Shown here: in pieces, positions 1 through 45,960 of the stretch
How the letters are laid out: every line of letters begins with the position of its first letter
Position numbering within the stretch: position 1 is the stretch's first letter
Assembly (NCBI GenBank): GCA_002269645.1
Contig: NIVC01001498.1
Location: 1 to 64,000 of the forward strand
DNA: 64,000 nt
Source of the DNA: Macrostomum lignano
Lineage: Eukaryota
Reading direction: 5' to 3'
Notes under the pieces: model-generated
What the model saw: only the letters and a program-made list of their open reading frames with translations
Told to the model about the DNA's origin: nothing
The model's database searches: none
Program-made: the position numbers and the translations under genes

Positions 1-598
1 TGCATTCATTTCATTAGGTTCATTCATCATTAAATTACTAAACCATTGCTTAAAATTTATGTTTGGACTTTGGAGTCAGAAATTTTGTTTACCCTGGGGG
101 CTGGGCCAGATGCCCAGATAAAGAACTAAGCTAATGGCTGCTGGCCATTAGCTTAAGGGGGAAATAGAAGAGAGAAAAGAGAAGAAACAAAAAAGATAAA
201 ATCCCTAGACAAGGGCCTAGTCTAGAAAATGGGAATCATTTTCTATTTAGAATAGGGCCTATTGTAAATATATTTTTGGTGCTATTTACCTAGTAGTACT
301 ATAATAGTATTAGCATATTATATTTATATAGTAACTGAAAAAAAATTATAAATATTTCTATGGCAATCCTGTTGTAGTTTTGTATATTACATTATTTTTG
401 TTAAAAATAATAACTTTTAAGTAACCTTAAGTGTAATAAGCGGATAGAATAGATAAAAAAATGAATTTAACTTATTATTGAGTATCTACTATTGTTTGAA
501 TATATATAAACAATGTTAATGAGGTTAAAGTAGATAATAATGCTACACTAGATAGTACCTCGAGTGAGCCACTTCATAGAAGCTATTTCATCTATGGT

Positions 599-1047
599 TA
601 GGGATCGGACGAGATCTCGATCTCGAGATCCGAGATCTTGGGGTTTTCTCAAATCTCAATCTCGACTTCATGATCTCGAAAAATGTCAAGATTTGAGATA
701 AAAATTAAATGTTCGAAAAAACATTTCAATCTATAAGAAGCATGCAACATCATATCATAGAGTTTGATGGTGTCAATGTCAATATTTTGTTTAAATTTTG
801 CATGTTACGAAGAATACTTTTTAATTTAACCCTATTAACTAAAAAATAGATGATAAAGATAACAAACAAATTTAATATATAGTTTTGAGAGTTTATAGTT
901 TTATTTTAATATTAATTTACTTTATTTCACTTATTAAATATATTTTTTGTTCCACTATGTCTTGAATCTTGATCAAATCTCAAATATCTTGAAGAGGCCA
1001 ATCTCGAATCTCGAAAATCTCGAAAATTCAATATTGTCCAACCCCTA
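599..1047. mobile_element. Non-autonomous hAT-superfamily DNA transposon (MITE), 449 bp
   Basis: Perfect 8-bp target-site duplication TCTATGGT at 591-598 and 1048-1055. Terminal inverted repeats TAGGGATCGGAC / GTCCAACCCCTA match at 10/12. Many subterminal (GA)TCTCGA motifs at both ends. No coding capacity. An 8-bp TSD with TAGGG-type termini is typical of hAT. Confidence 0.88.
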
Positions 1048-4000
1048 TCTATGGTTATTCTATAGACTATGCAAGTTGACAAATTAGTTTGCAAAGTTCT
1101 GTAGTAAGATGTTGCTTGGCCATAGGCATAATTATTATTGGGGCAGCAGGTCAGCTAGCTATAAATTGCTAGAAAGAAAACATATTCTTTTTAAATATCA
1201 TAAAATATGCATTTAAGCAAAATTAGGCACTTAATAATATATTAAATTTGTTTCCTATTATCTATTCTATCATTTACTAAGCATAAAGTTACTTAAAAGT
1301 TTTTATTTTTAACAAAAATAATTTTATAAGCAAAACTACAGGATTGCCCATTTATTTTATATTTTTATAATGAGTTAAAACTAACAAAGCCAAGGGTAAA
1401 TAAAGTATAGATAGGTATAGTTTATGATATATATTTATATTTTATATAGCTTAGTATTTGTTATTGAAGTGGGCAGAGAAATGAAAATTTTCTCGGTGGT
1501 TGGTAGGTTTGACACCAAATTGGGGCAGTTCTAACTTTTGAATTGTTTGTAATGTTGAATTTGCAGAAAAAATCCAAAAAATTGCATAGACAAACTCTAA
1601 CAAAATTTCTCCTGTTTTTCTAGCTGCCAGGGTCCTCAATTCTGGGGGAGGTAGTTTCAGTCGTAGGCAAGCAGTCTTCATTCTGCATGAGCATTCAGAG
1701 TGGGTCCTTAGACACCAAAACAGATGTACATTGTATGCTTGACTTATTACTGCGAGTAGAGTAGCACTGCCACCACCATAATTTATGTATTATGGAACAT
1801 TAAAGTCTCAGAGCTTCTTTAAATCGAGAACTTGGTTATTTTATGCCCTATAGACAAATGACTTAAGATAGGCTATGGCTCTTAATTAGGTATTTAGCAA
1901 CAGAAAATAAAATAAATTAATGTTCATTTATTATAATTAGTAGGATAGTTAGTTATTGAATGTTTGGGTTGACTTGACGACAAATGATACTGGGGAGCCA
2001 TGGTGCGAGGCTTTAAATTAAAGTTGAAAGAGACTAAGCTAAGGTAGAGTACAAGTTATGAGAAATGTATTAATGGGTATTATTAAATGGAGCACTAGCA
2101 AAGCAGAGTATTAGCAAAAATAGATAGGGCTACTAAATAATTTGAGAAAACAAGAAGAGGGGAGAGGTTATAGAGTTGGGCCAAATGAGGCCAATTAAAT
2201 ACAAATGGGGGAGCAGACGTTGGGCAAGGAAGTACAGAGTCTGGGGACAGGATGTGGACATGGTCCAGAACATGGGGAGCAAAAATCGCCGCAGAAAATC
2301 AAAGAGGAAACAAACAAAATCAGAAAAAACATGCAAGACCAGAAAAAAGGGGGGAAAACCAGAACAGGGACCGAAATTCATCATTGAACTGCACCACAGG
2401 ATACACAGATTGGGCCACAAATGGGGCAACAGCAAAATGGGGGTCCAATGTCAGTCCATAAAATTTTTATTAGAAAATTTAAAATAATAAAACATCAGTG
2501 GGAGTTTGCACTACCACATAATTACTAATAATTATGCAATATATAAGGGTTTATAAGAAACAAGAATTGGACACATTTGTTTTTTAATTAACATTGATAA
2601 TAGAATACAACTGATAAGCAGAAGAATATTTTTTATTCTGGCATATGCTTTCTATGATTTAGATTATCAGATAAAAGCCTTATTGAATTAAGTTTCAAAA
2701 ATCCACAGATGCACAATATTGATACTAAAAAAGTAGTCCAAATGTGTGATATTGGAGACAAAAGAATGATAAGTATAATGACATGATTTGAAAAATTATA
2801 AAACATGGCAGAAAATGGCAGATAACAACCAATAGAAATATTTAGAAAGTAAAGTAAATATTCTGAAACTCAATAGCCTACTCAGTCTTAAATGACAATT
2901 ATAGTATTCCTGCAATACCATATGTGCATCATGTTTCTAACATTGCTACCTGTTAACTATGATATGCTGTAACATGCAATACTACCCTGCTTTTCAACTT
3001 TAATTCTGTTGCACAATGTAACATTGCTTGCCTTTCTTGAATCCACAATGTGACATTAGAAAATGTTGAAAATGCAATAGACAGCCATCTACAGTTTGTT
3101 AACTTTTCTAATAAAGATAAGAGGAGACAGATAAGATATAGTAATACGATAAGATAAGAGATTGTAGTGGTTATAGTGGAACTCTATAGAGAAGTAGCAA
3201 GTAGTTCTTATTTGTTTCTTTGATCTATATATACTAATTGATAAATATAGCATTTTCATATCTATTAGGCCTGTTTTATTGGTTTTTCTGATTCTTCTTA
3301 GCATATGCACAATAGAATATAGTCTAGGAAAAAAGTTAAAAAAATTAAAAAAATTAGAATGTTCTGTTCTGGATCATGTTTTGCACTGAGAAAATGTTTT
3401 AATATGTCTGTAGCTTTAAGTCCCATGTCTGTCAAATACTTATTGCAGGTAATAAAATAAAATAATATTTATAATATTAAAATGAATAGATATTATTTAT
3501 TTTATTTTATTATTCAAATTGTAAGATATTTTGTTAGCAATTTATAGTAATATAGTTTTCCACATCTGAACTTGTCTATTAGGATGGCTAGTTAATGGCT
3601 AAAATTATGGAATTTATATGTTGGATTTTGTTCTTTGCTAGTTTCTTAGGTAAGGTTTTTGGGCATCTTATCCATTTTAAAAACCTTGATTTTTTTAGAA
3701 TATAGCTATCATAAAGAAAACACAAATCAGCTTAGAATTAAAAAGCTTTTAGTCACTGCTTATAGTTAAATTATAGTTATAGTTATAGACCAATTATAGT
3801 TATAGACTTAAAAACAGGTTGTCAAATTTAGGCAATCGAGTAAAACTTTTTAAGATTTCAACAATTGCAATATTAAATGCTATTAATATAGTATTTATTG
3901 TTTATTTAATGATATTTAAAAGTTATTAGCAACAAATCGAAAAAACAGAAATGCCCAAAAATGGCTGATTTTCTAAGTAAGGATTGGTGCTTCATTTTAT

Positions 4001-4182
4001 AAAAAGATGGTACACTTGTATTGATAAAATTTTGCAATGCTAAACTATTAAATACTGCTGCTTCTGCTTAGAGCGGTTAATGTGGCTATTCATTTATTTC
4101 AGCTTAATTGTCATGAATTTATGTCATGAACTTAATTCGTGTTGAATTCGCTGAGTAATTAGTCAACTAGAAATTAGTTACC

Positions 4183-4574
4183 ATGCTATCGCGAGGTGGT
4201 AAAAAACACCTTGGTTCAGGCCTTGGCGGCGTGAGCATCGGCATTGATGGTCGCTACATTCGCAAAGAATTGCCAACAACATTTCAACAGCCGCCAGTGC
4301 CAGATTCTGCACTGATCAGTTGCCATGGTAACAGGCAGCGGCCTCTGATGCCTATTGTGCCATTGAATCATGTGACTGCTGCGTCAGCATCAACCGCAGC
4401 CGGTGAAGATCTCCTGCCTCCCGGCTGGTCCATCAACTGGACAATTCGAGGCAGGAAGTACTACATTGACCACACTAACCGGACAACATCCTGGAGCCAC
4501 CCGCTGGCTAGGGAGTCTCTGCCCAGCGGCTGGGACCGGATTGAAAGTCAAGAGAAAGGCATCTACTATGTCAA
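4183..4574 (+). CDS. SAV1: Salvador exon 1 (FERM-binding motif, WW1, start of WW2)
   Basis: ATG at 4183. Donor AA|GTGAGG at 4575, phase 2. Confidence 0.9.
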
Positions 4575-6201
4575 GTGAGGATTCTTTCCTCTGTATCAGC
4601 CGGGATTCTTTACGATGACTGGCCTGTCTAGCAACTGAGGATCTAAGGGGCTGGCCCAGGATTGAGGATCTGGGAGGCCTGCCTAGCAACTGAGGATCTG
4701 GGTCCTGGTAGGCTGGCCCAGCAATTGAGGATCTGGGAGGCTGGCCCAGCAGCTGAGGATCTGGGAGGCTGGCCTAGCAATTGAGGATCTGGGAGGCTGG
4801 CCCAGCAGCTGAGGATCTGGGAGGCTGGCCCAGCAGCTGAGGATCTGGGAGGCTGGCCCAGCAGCTGAGGATCTGGGAGGCTGGCCCAGCAACCGAGGAT
4901 CTGGGAGACTGGCACAATAACTGAGGATCTGAGAGGCTGGCCCAGCAACTGAGGATCTGGGAGGGCGGACCACCAAGTGCTCATCTGGGAGGGTGACAAT
5001 GGCCCAGTCTGCAGGTCAGAAACCCAAACTTCAGAAGTGATGTCATTTACTCTCCCACTCCTCACCACTGTTGAACAGTCGAGTGGCCAGAACGGTGCAG
5101 TACCATCACCCCGGCCTGCCATTAAACGGTATATCAGTACCCACAGTAGCTCAGCAGAAGCAGCAAATGGCCGGGCCAAAACAGGCCTCCTGGTTGCTAG
5201 GCAGCGATGGAAATTCTCCTAGGCGACCGCCGCTGCCCGTTAGCGAGCCAGTGGAACCCGCAACTGTCACTGTAGAGTCATCTGGAGATCAAGCTGCAAT
5301 TAAAAAGACAGGTAATTTGAATAAAACAATCACTTTTTATTAGGCAGGTACACATGCTTCAGTTTAGTTTTTAAGAATAATTTCACCACTTTTCATGTTT
5401 CTTAGAAATATTCCGTACCTATCCATGTTTCTTAGAAACGATCTAAATTCTTATACTTTTCTCAAGATCTGCTAGATTTTAGCGTTTCTTAAAATTTTCC
5501 AAGATTAGATTGTTTTTTGTTAGAATTATCAATGAATATTTGTGTTTCTTAGAATAGATGTTAAATTTTCTTAAAAATCGTTTAAAATAATTAGTTTCTT
5601 AGAATCATCCTTAAGTAGTCATTTAGTAATAGCGCTCTAAAGTAAGCTGCTTTTCTCAGGAATTGCCAAATTTTGAGCGTTTCTTAAAAAATCCCTAGAA
5701 CGATGGTTTTTTTTAGAATCGTCCAAAATGTTTCGCGCTTCTTAGAACCGCATTACGACAGACTACATCACATAGTTATGCATCATGCGAACGCGAACAA
5801 ACTCACTTGGTTTCTTAGAATGGTATTCAAAATTGTTGGTTTTTGTTAGAATCGGCTCATTATTGTGCTTCTTGGAATTGGTGTTAAATTGTTGCAGTTT
5901 CTAAGAAGGCTTTTCTAAGAATCAGCTTAATATATTCTAAGAAACCTTTCCAGACCTGGAGTCGTTTTTATCCGTATACGCCAGAGCGCCAGCAGCCTAC
6001 GACAATCGAATTAATTGGGGCGCATTCTCGTCTGACGAATTGGAACGCGCATCGGACCTGCTTGGCCGAATGGCTAAACAGGAGACCGAGTCCATTGTGG
6101 CGGCCTACGAGCGCTACAGGGTGGCGCTGATTGCCAGAAAGCGGGCAATGGAAGACTGCGGCGGATGTGCAGACTCGCATCGTTACTCGTCGCTGCTCTG
6201 A
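4183..6201 (+). CDS. SAV1: Salvador (SAV1/WW45) Hippo-pathway scaffold, join(4183..4574,5079..5311,5954..6201), 290 aa
   Basis: N-terminus MLSR...GRYIRKE resembles human MLSRKK...GKYVKKE (FERM-binding motif). WW1 is [30 protein letters not shown]. Atypical WW2 [30 protein letters not shown] is formed across intron 1. C-terminal [26 protein letters not shown]...[12 protein letters not shown] is a SARAH region. GT-AG introns are phase-consistent and total 873 nt. Confidence 0.93.
4621..4965. repeat. 28-bp minisatellite (GAGGATCTGGGAGGCTGGCCCAGCAGCT)n in Salvador intron 1
   Basis: About 12 tandem copies read directly. Confidence 0.92.
5079..5311 (+). CDS. SAV1: Salvador exon 2 (end of WW2, Pro-rich linker)
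   Basis: Acceptor TTGAACAG|T. AA+T gives Asn and completes [15 protein letters not shown]. Donor CAG|GTAATT at 5312, phase 1. Confidence 0.88.
5954..6201 (+). CDS. SAV1: Salvador exon 3 (SARAH domain, stop)
   Basis: Acceptor TTTCCAG|AC. Reads [13 protein letters not shown]...[13 protein letters not shown]...SSLL, then TGA at 6199-6201. Not listed in the ORF track on the + strand. Confidence 0.9.
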
Positions 6202-6460
6202 TTACAATATTGTCCGCCCGGTATTTTCAGTTGCGCTCGTAAATTTCAGCTGGTTACAATAACAGCTGTTCTTTTTTATCGAGTTACTTTGTAAGCTTTC
6301 TATAAATATCTGCCTTAACTTACATTCCTTGGCGCTTTTGTCTTAAATATCGATCCAAAAGTCTCCCTAAGTCATATATATCCCTAAATATTTCTAAATC
6401 CTACTTTATAAGGTATAAGGTATAATTATAGATCTTTCCAAATTCCACACATTTTAATTT

Positions 6461-7040
6461 CCCTAAACTCTACCCCATAAATCTCTCAAAATTTCACATT
6501 TAAATCTCCCGAAATTTTACCCATATATCTCCCCAAGTTCACCTCATAAATCTCTCCAAACTTCACACCATAAATTTCTCCAAACTTCACACCATAAATT
6601 TCTCCAAACTTCACACCATAAATCTTCCCAAATTCCAACCATAAATGTCTCCAAATTTCCCCCCCATAAATCTCCCCAAATTCCAACCATAAATCTCCCC
6701 AAATTCCAACCATAAATGTCCCCAAATTTCCCCCCCCCATAAATCTCCCCAAATTCCAACCATAAATCTCCCCAAATTCCAACCATAAATCTCCCCAAAT
6801 TTCCACCCATAAATCTCCCCAAATTCCAACCATAAATCCCCCCAAATTCCAACCATAAATGTCCCCAAATTTCCCCCCATAAATCTCCCCAAATTCCAAC
6901 CATAAATCTCCCCAAATTCCAACCATAAATGTCCCCAAATTTCATCCAATAAATCTCCCCTAAACTTCACCCCATAAATCTCCCCAAATTTCACCCCATA
7001 AATTTCCCTGAACTCTACCCCATTAAACTCCCCAAATTAC
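6461..7040. repeat. About 23-bp minisatellite (CCATAAATCTCCCCAAATTCCAA)n
   Basis: Tandem copies with degenerate edges, downstream of the Salvador stop. Confidence 0.9.
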
Positions 7041-7751
7041 ACGTTACAAGAGCACAAAAAATTCAATCAGGTATTTATTACTCACATTTCAGCTTTTTTA
7101 CTCAATAGAAACGCTGCTTGTTTTTTGCTTTAATCTATAGCATTATTAGTAGTCTAATATGAATCTTGCAATAAAATCTAGTCGCTGAATTTCTTCTAGT
7201 TCTGCTTCACCTTCTACTGCATAATAGTAGGAGTTTATTACATGTGATTATTATTTAAATATTATTGCTATACAATTTTATAATAATCTGCTGCATTCCA
7301 TTTCTTTGTTCAGTTTTTTTATAACTACTTTTATGTGTACTACTAATAAGTAGGCAGATATTTTTGTCATTAAATTTGCAATTCTGCTATGCCCAACCGC
7401 TGTGTCTTAATGCCCTGTTTTCTTCGCTCGGTGATGCTAGCGCTGTCTGTCTATTGTTATTAAAGTGAACTGGAATTTTCTTTATTTTTTTCAAGTCAAT
7501 ATTGTGCAACAAGCAATCAGTTTATTTAGTTGACTATTCAATGTACATGTACTGTTTTAACTAAGTTGCAAAAATAAACACGCATCTTGATGTTTATTGT
7601 TTCGGATTTTTGATTGTTAAACAGAGAATACTATTGCTAGTTTTTTAATGAAGTTTTTATTCAATTTTTAATTCAGTTTTAGTATTCGCGAATGTTTTTT
7701 TCGGGAACTATTAAGTGTGTGTAGGATGGAAACACTGAAGTTTAGTTGGGA

Positions 7752-8070
7752 AAAATGGACACACTGAAGGTCAGTTAGGGGATATAATTGAGCCACTGAT
7801 GGTCAATTAGGGGATCGAATGGACACTGAAGGTCAATTAGGGGATCGAATGGACACTGAAAGTCACAACTGAAGGTCATTTAGGGGATAGAATGGACACT
7901 GAAGGTCAATTGGGGGATCGAATGGACCCTGAAGGTCATTTAGGGGATAGAATGGACACTCAAGGTCAAATAGGGGATAGAATGGACACTCAAGGTCAAA
8001 TAGGGGATAGAATGGACACTCAAGGTCAAATAGGGGATAGAATGGACCCACTGAGGCTCAGTTGGGGCGA
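7752..8070. repeat. 30-bp minisatellite (AATGGACACTCAAGGTCAAATAGGGGATAG)n
   Basis: About 9-10 tandem copies just upstream of the ZFYVE26 start. Confidence 0.9.
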
Positions 8071-8262
8071 CAGAAATGAAGGACACTGAGAAAATATTTA
8101 AAAGTTCAGTAAGATTTTGAGCAAAATTGTAAATGCGTTTGATTTCAATGCTTCAATTTATGTAAGGCCAAAAATTATAACTCAATTTGGGTTCCACGCG
8201 GTACAAAAGGGATACCAAAGTGCCAGAGATACTGAAGTTGTGGCTCCCGGATTGGAAAGCCA

Positions 8263-41211
<32,949 letters not shown>

Positions 41212-41627
41212 GTGAGTGAAATAAAAATCAATCAATCGATCTTATCAATTTTTTCGGGAACATCCTTACTGCATTTGTCCATTAAAAATTGATGTCTACA
41301 GTCTACTGTCTGTGAGCGCTAAATATGCGACATAATCCTTTCTTTTAGGATTATAAAGCTTTTGTAGTTTAATTTTGTCGAAAAAATGCATAATAAAACT
41401 CACACACCGAGTTAAGTATCACGCGCTCAACGCTCTCTTCAATTTATTGTTGCGTCTATTAGCTGGGTCATATTTTAATTTTTTATTTATCAATGTGTGT
41501 CTGCATCTTTACATTGGCTTAGCCTTAGTAACGCCTCAAATATTAGATAAGTATTTATGCATCTCATTTCTATTTCCTTTTGCGCATTGCATCACGGTGC
41601 AACGACGATTCTTAGAAATTCTAGGTT

Positions 41628-44572
41628 TTCTACTCTCTCCCATTCTATATTCTACTCTCTCCCATTCTATATTCTACTCTCTCCTATTCTATATTCTACT
41701 CTCTCCCATTCTATATTCTACTCTCTCCCATTCTATATTCTACTCTCTCCCATTCTATATTCTACTCTCTCCCATTCTATATTCTACTCTCTCCCATTCT
41801 ATATTCTACTCTCTCCTATTCTATATTCTACTCTCTCCCACTCTATATTCTACTCTCTCCTATTCTATATTCTACTCTCTCCCACTCTATATTCTACTCT
41901 CTCCCATTCTATATTCTACTCTCTCCTATTCTATATTCTACTCTCTCTCGCATTCTATATTCTACTCTCCCCCACTCTATATTCAACTCTCTCCTATTCT
42001 ATATTCTACTCTCTCCTATTCTATATTCTACTCTCTCCTATTCTATATTCTACTCTCTCCTATTCTATATTCTACTCTCTCCTATTCTATATTCTACTCT
42101 CTCCTATTCTATATTCTACTCTCTCCCATTCTATATTCTACTCTCTCTCGCATTCTATATTCTACTCTCCCCCACTTTATATTCAACTCTCTCCTATTTT
42201 ATATTCTACTCTCTCTCGCATTCTATATTCTACTCTCTCTCGCATTCTATATTCTACTCTCCCCCACTCTATATTCAACTCTCTCCTATTCTATATTCTA
42301 CTCTCTCCTATTCTATATTCTACTCTCTCCTATTCTATATTCTACTCTCTCCTATTCTATATTCTACTCTCTCCTATTCTATATTCTACTCTCTCCTATT
42401 CTATATTCTACTCTCTCCTATTCTATATTCTACTCTCTCCCATTCTATATTCTACTCTCTCTCGCATTCTATATTCTACTCTCCCCCACTCTACATTCAA
42501 CTCTCTCCTATTCTATATTCTACTCTCTCCTATTCTATATTCTACTCTCTCCTATTCTATATTCTACTCTCTTCCATTCTATATTCTACTCTCTCCCACT
42601 CTATATTCTACTCTCTCCCATTCTATATTCTACTCTCTCCTATTCTATATTCTACTGTCTCCCATTCTATATTCTACTCTCTCCTATTCTATATTCTACT
42701 CTCTTCCATTCTATATTCTACTCTCACCTATTCTATATTCTACTCTCACCTATTCTATATTCTACTCTCTCCCATTCTATATTCTACTCTCTCTCGCATT
42801 CTATATTCTACTCTCCCCCACTTTATATTCAACTCTCTCCTATTTTATATTCTACTCTCTCTCGCATTCTATATTCTACTCTCTCTCGCATTCTATATTC
42901 TACTCTCCCCCACTCTATATTCAACTCTCTCCTATTCTATATTCTACTCTCTCCTATTCTATATTCTACTCTCTCCTATTCTATATTCTACTCTCTCCTA
43001 TTCTATATTCTACTCTCTCCTATTCTATATTCTACTCTCTCCTATTCTATATTCTACTCTCTCCTATTCTATATTCTACTCTCTCCCATTCTATATTCTA
43101 CTCTCTCTCGCATTCTATATTCTACTCTCCCCCACTCTACATTCAACTCTCTCCTATTCTATATTCTACTCTCTCCTATTCTATATTCTACTCTCTCCTA
43201 TTCTATATTCTACTCTCTTCCATTCTATATTCTACTCTCTCCCACTCTATATTCTACTCTCTCCCATTCTATATTCTACTCTCTCCTATTCTATATTCTA
43301 CTGTCACCCATTCTGTATTCTACTTCCCCCTATTCTATATTCTACTGTCTCCCATTCTATATTCTACTCCCTCCTATTCTATATTCTACTCTCACCTATT
43401 CTATATTCTACTCTCACCCATTCTATATTCTACTCTCTTCTATTCTATATTCTACTATCTCCCATTCTATATTGTACTCTCACCCATTCTATATTCTACT
43501 CTCTCCCATTCTATATTCTACTCTCTCCTATTCTATATTCTACTCTCTCCTATTCTATATTCTACTCTCTTCCATTCTATATTCTACTCTCACCTATTTT
43601 ATATTCTACTCTCACCTATTTTATATTCTACTCTCTCCTATTCTATATTCTACTCTCACCTATTCTATATTCTACTCTCTCCCATTCTATATTGTACTCT
43701 CACCCATTCTATATCCTACTCTCTCCCATTCTATATTCTACTCTCTCCTATTCTATATTCTACTGTCTCCCATTCTATATTCTACTCTCTCCTATTCTAT
43801 ATTCTACTCTCTTCCATTCTATATTCTACTCTCCCCCACTCTATATTCTACTGTCACCCATTCTGTATTCTACTTCCCCCTATTCTATATTCTACTCTCT
43901 CCTATTCTATATTCTACTCTCTCCTATTCTATATTCTACTGTCTCCCATTCTATATTCTACTTCCCCCTATTCTATATTCTACTGTCTCCCATTCTATAT
44001 TCTACTCCCTTCTATTCTATATTCTACTCTCTTCCATTCTATATTCTACTGTCACCCATTCTATATTCTACCCTCACCTATTCTATATTCTACTATCTCC
44101 CATTCTATATTCTACTCTCACCTATTTTATATTCTACTCTCTCCTATTCTATATTCTACTCTCACCTATTCTATATTCTACTCTCACCTATTCTATATTC
44201 TACTATCTCCCATTCTATATTGTACTCTCACCCATTCTATATTCTACTCTCTCCCATTCTATATTCTACTCTCACCTATTCTATATTCTACTCTCACCCA
44301 TTCTATATTCTACTCTCTTCTATTCTATATTCTACTATCTCCCATTCTATATTGTACTCTCACCCATTCTATATTCTACTCTCTCCCATTCTATATTCTA
44401 CTCTCACCTATTCTATATTCTACTCTCACCTATTCTATATTCTACTCTCACCCATTCTATATTCTACTCTCTTCTATTCTATATTCTACTATCTCCCATT
44501 CTATATTCTACTCTCTCCCATTCTATATTCTACTCTCTCCCATTCTATATTCTACTCTCTCCCATTCTCTAC
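41628..44572. repeat. 22-bp minisatellite (CATTCTATATTCTACTCTCTCC)n, about 2.9 kb
   Basis: About 130 copies. The 66-nt (22-aa) periodicity explains the stop-free 1000-aa ORFs. Confidence 0.96.
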
Positions 44573-45291
44573 TCTGCACCTATCAAGCCATCACTGTATG
44601 CGAAATTTACGTCATTGAAAGTCAATTCAGACTTACATATTCCTTATACTGCTCATTGGATTAGCAATCGATTTTTATTACAGGTATTGCAATAAGAATG
44701 TTTATTCACTAGCTCTTTAGAATTCCTGTTGCAAGGATTCCACAATTCTTCGTTTTTTGCTTGCCTCCGTTTGCTATAAAAGAGTCTCTCAGTCGTCTTT
44801 ATTAGATTTTGCTTTCACGGTTGGCTCTTCTATCATTTGTGGCCTGGCCGATTCCTCCCTTCCTCTCCTCCTACCCTCGTCCATCCATTGCTCCATTGGT
44901 CGCGAGGCCTAACCATTAGTTATTACTAAGGTCTTCAGGCCTGCAGTTGCGTTTTGTACATTTTGTTGATCGCCTTATACTCGAATTTGTGTGCCAGAGA
45001 AGCTGGATTTTGTAGGACAAGAAAGACAGTTTCAAGTTACAACTATATGTAATTTAATTTTCCGCTTTCGACAATAATTTGTTTCCTAATGGAGTCTGGG
45101 CTAGCTGATTTTTCTATCAGTTTTGAGGAATGTAATTAGCCAGTGAGTAAGTTGGTTTTTTGGGTAGGTTTTGTAGATTTGTCAGTTCGAAAACAATATT
45201 TTAAGTGTTGGTTCGCTTGCTTTTTTTAGTTAGCGAGTGAGTTCATGCATAAGTGGCCGAGTTAGTGAACAGTTGAGGAGGGGACTGAATA

Positions 45292-45960
45292 ACTGAGTGA
45301 GTGAGTGAGTGAGAGAGTGTGAGAGAGAGTGAGTGAGTGAGAGAGTGAGTGAGTGAGTGAGTGAGTGAGTGAGTGAGTGAGTGAGTGAGTGAGTGAAAGA
45401 GAGAGCGAGCGAGCGAGTGAGTGAGTGAGTGAGTGAGTGAGTGAAAGAGAGAGCGAGCGAGTGAGTGAGTGAGTGAGTGAGTGAGTGAGTGAGTGAGTGA
45501 AAGAGAGAGCGAGCGAGTGAGTGAGTGAGTGAGTGAGTGAAAGAGAGAGCGAGCGAGTGAGTGAGTGAGTGAGTGAGTGAGTGAGTGAAAGAGAGAGCGA
45601 GCGAGTGAGTGAGTGAGTGAGTGAGTGAGTGAGTGAGTGAAAGAGAGAGCGAGCGAGTGAGTGAGTGAGTGAGTGAGTGAGTGAAAGAGAGAGCGAGCGA
45701 GTGAGTGAGTGAGTGAGTGAGTGAAAGAGAGAGCGACCGAGTGAGTGAGTGAGTGAGAGTGAAAGAGAGAGCGAGCGAGTGAGTGAGTGAGTGAGTGAAA
45801 GAGAGAGCGAGCGAGCGAGTGAGTGAGTGAGTGAGTGAGTGAAAGAGAGAGCGAGTGAGTGAGTGAGTGAGTGAGTTAAAGAGAGAGCGAGTGAGTGAGT
45901 GAGTGAGTGAAAGAAAGAGCGAGTGAATAAGTGAATGGGTGAGTGAGTGAGTGAGTGAAA
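45292..45960. repeat. (GAGT)n microsatellite with periodic GAAAGAGAGAGCGAGC interruptions
   Basis: Read directly. Confidence 0.93.

Noticed and set aside
1451-3310. Short ORFs at 1451-1681, 2133-2487 and 3089-3310
   Set aside because: AT-rich or low-complexity sequence with no recognisable domains and no consistent splice structure.
41375-44695. 1106-aa and 1035-aa hydrophobic ORFs
   Set aside because: They are translations of the 22-bp minisatellite, which lacks stop codons on the + strand. The 22-aa periodicity appears in all frames.
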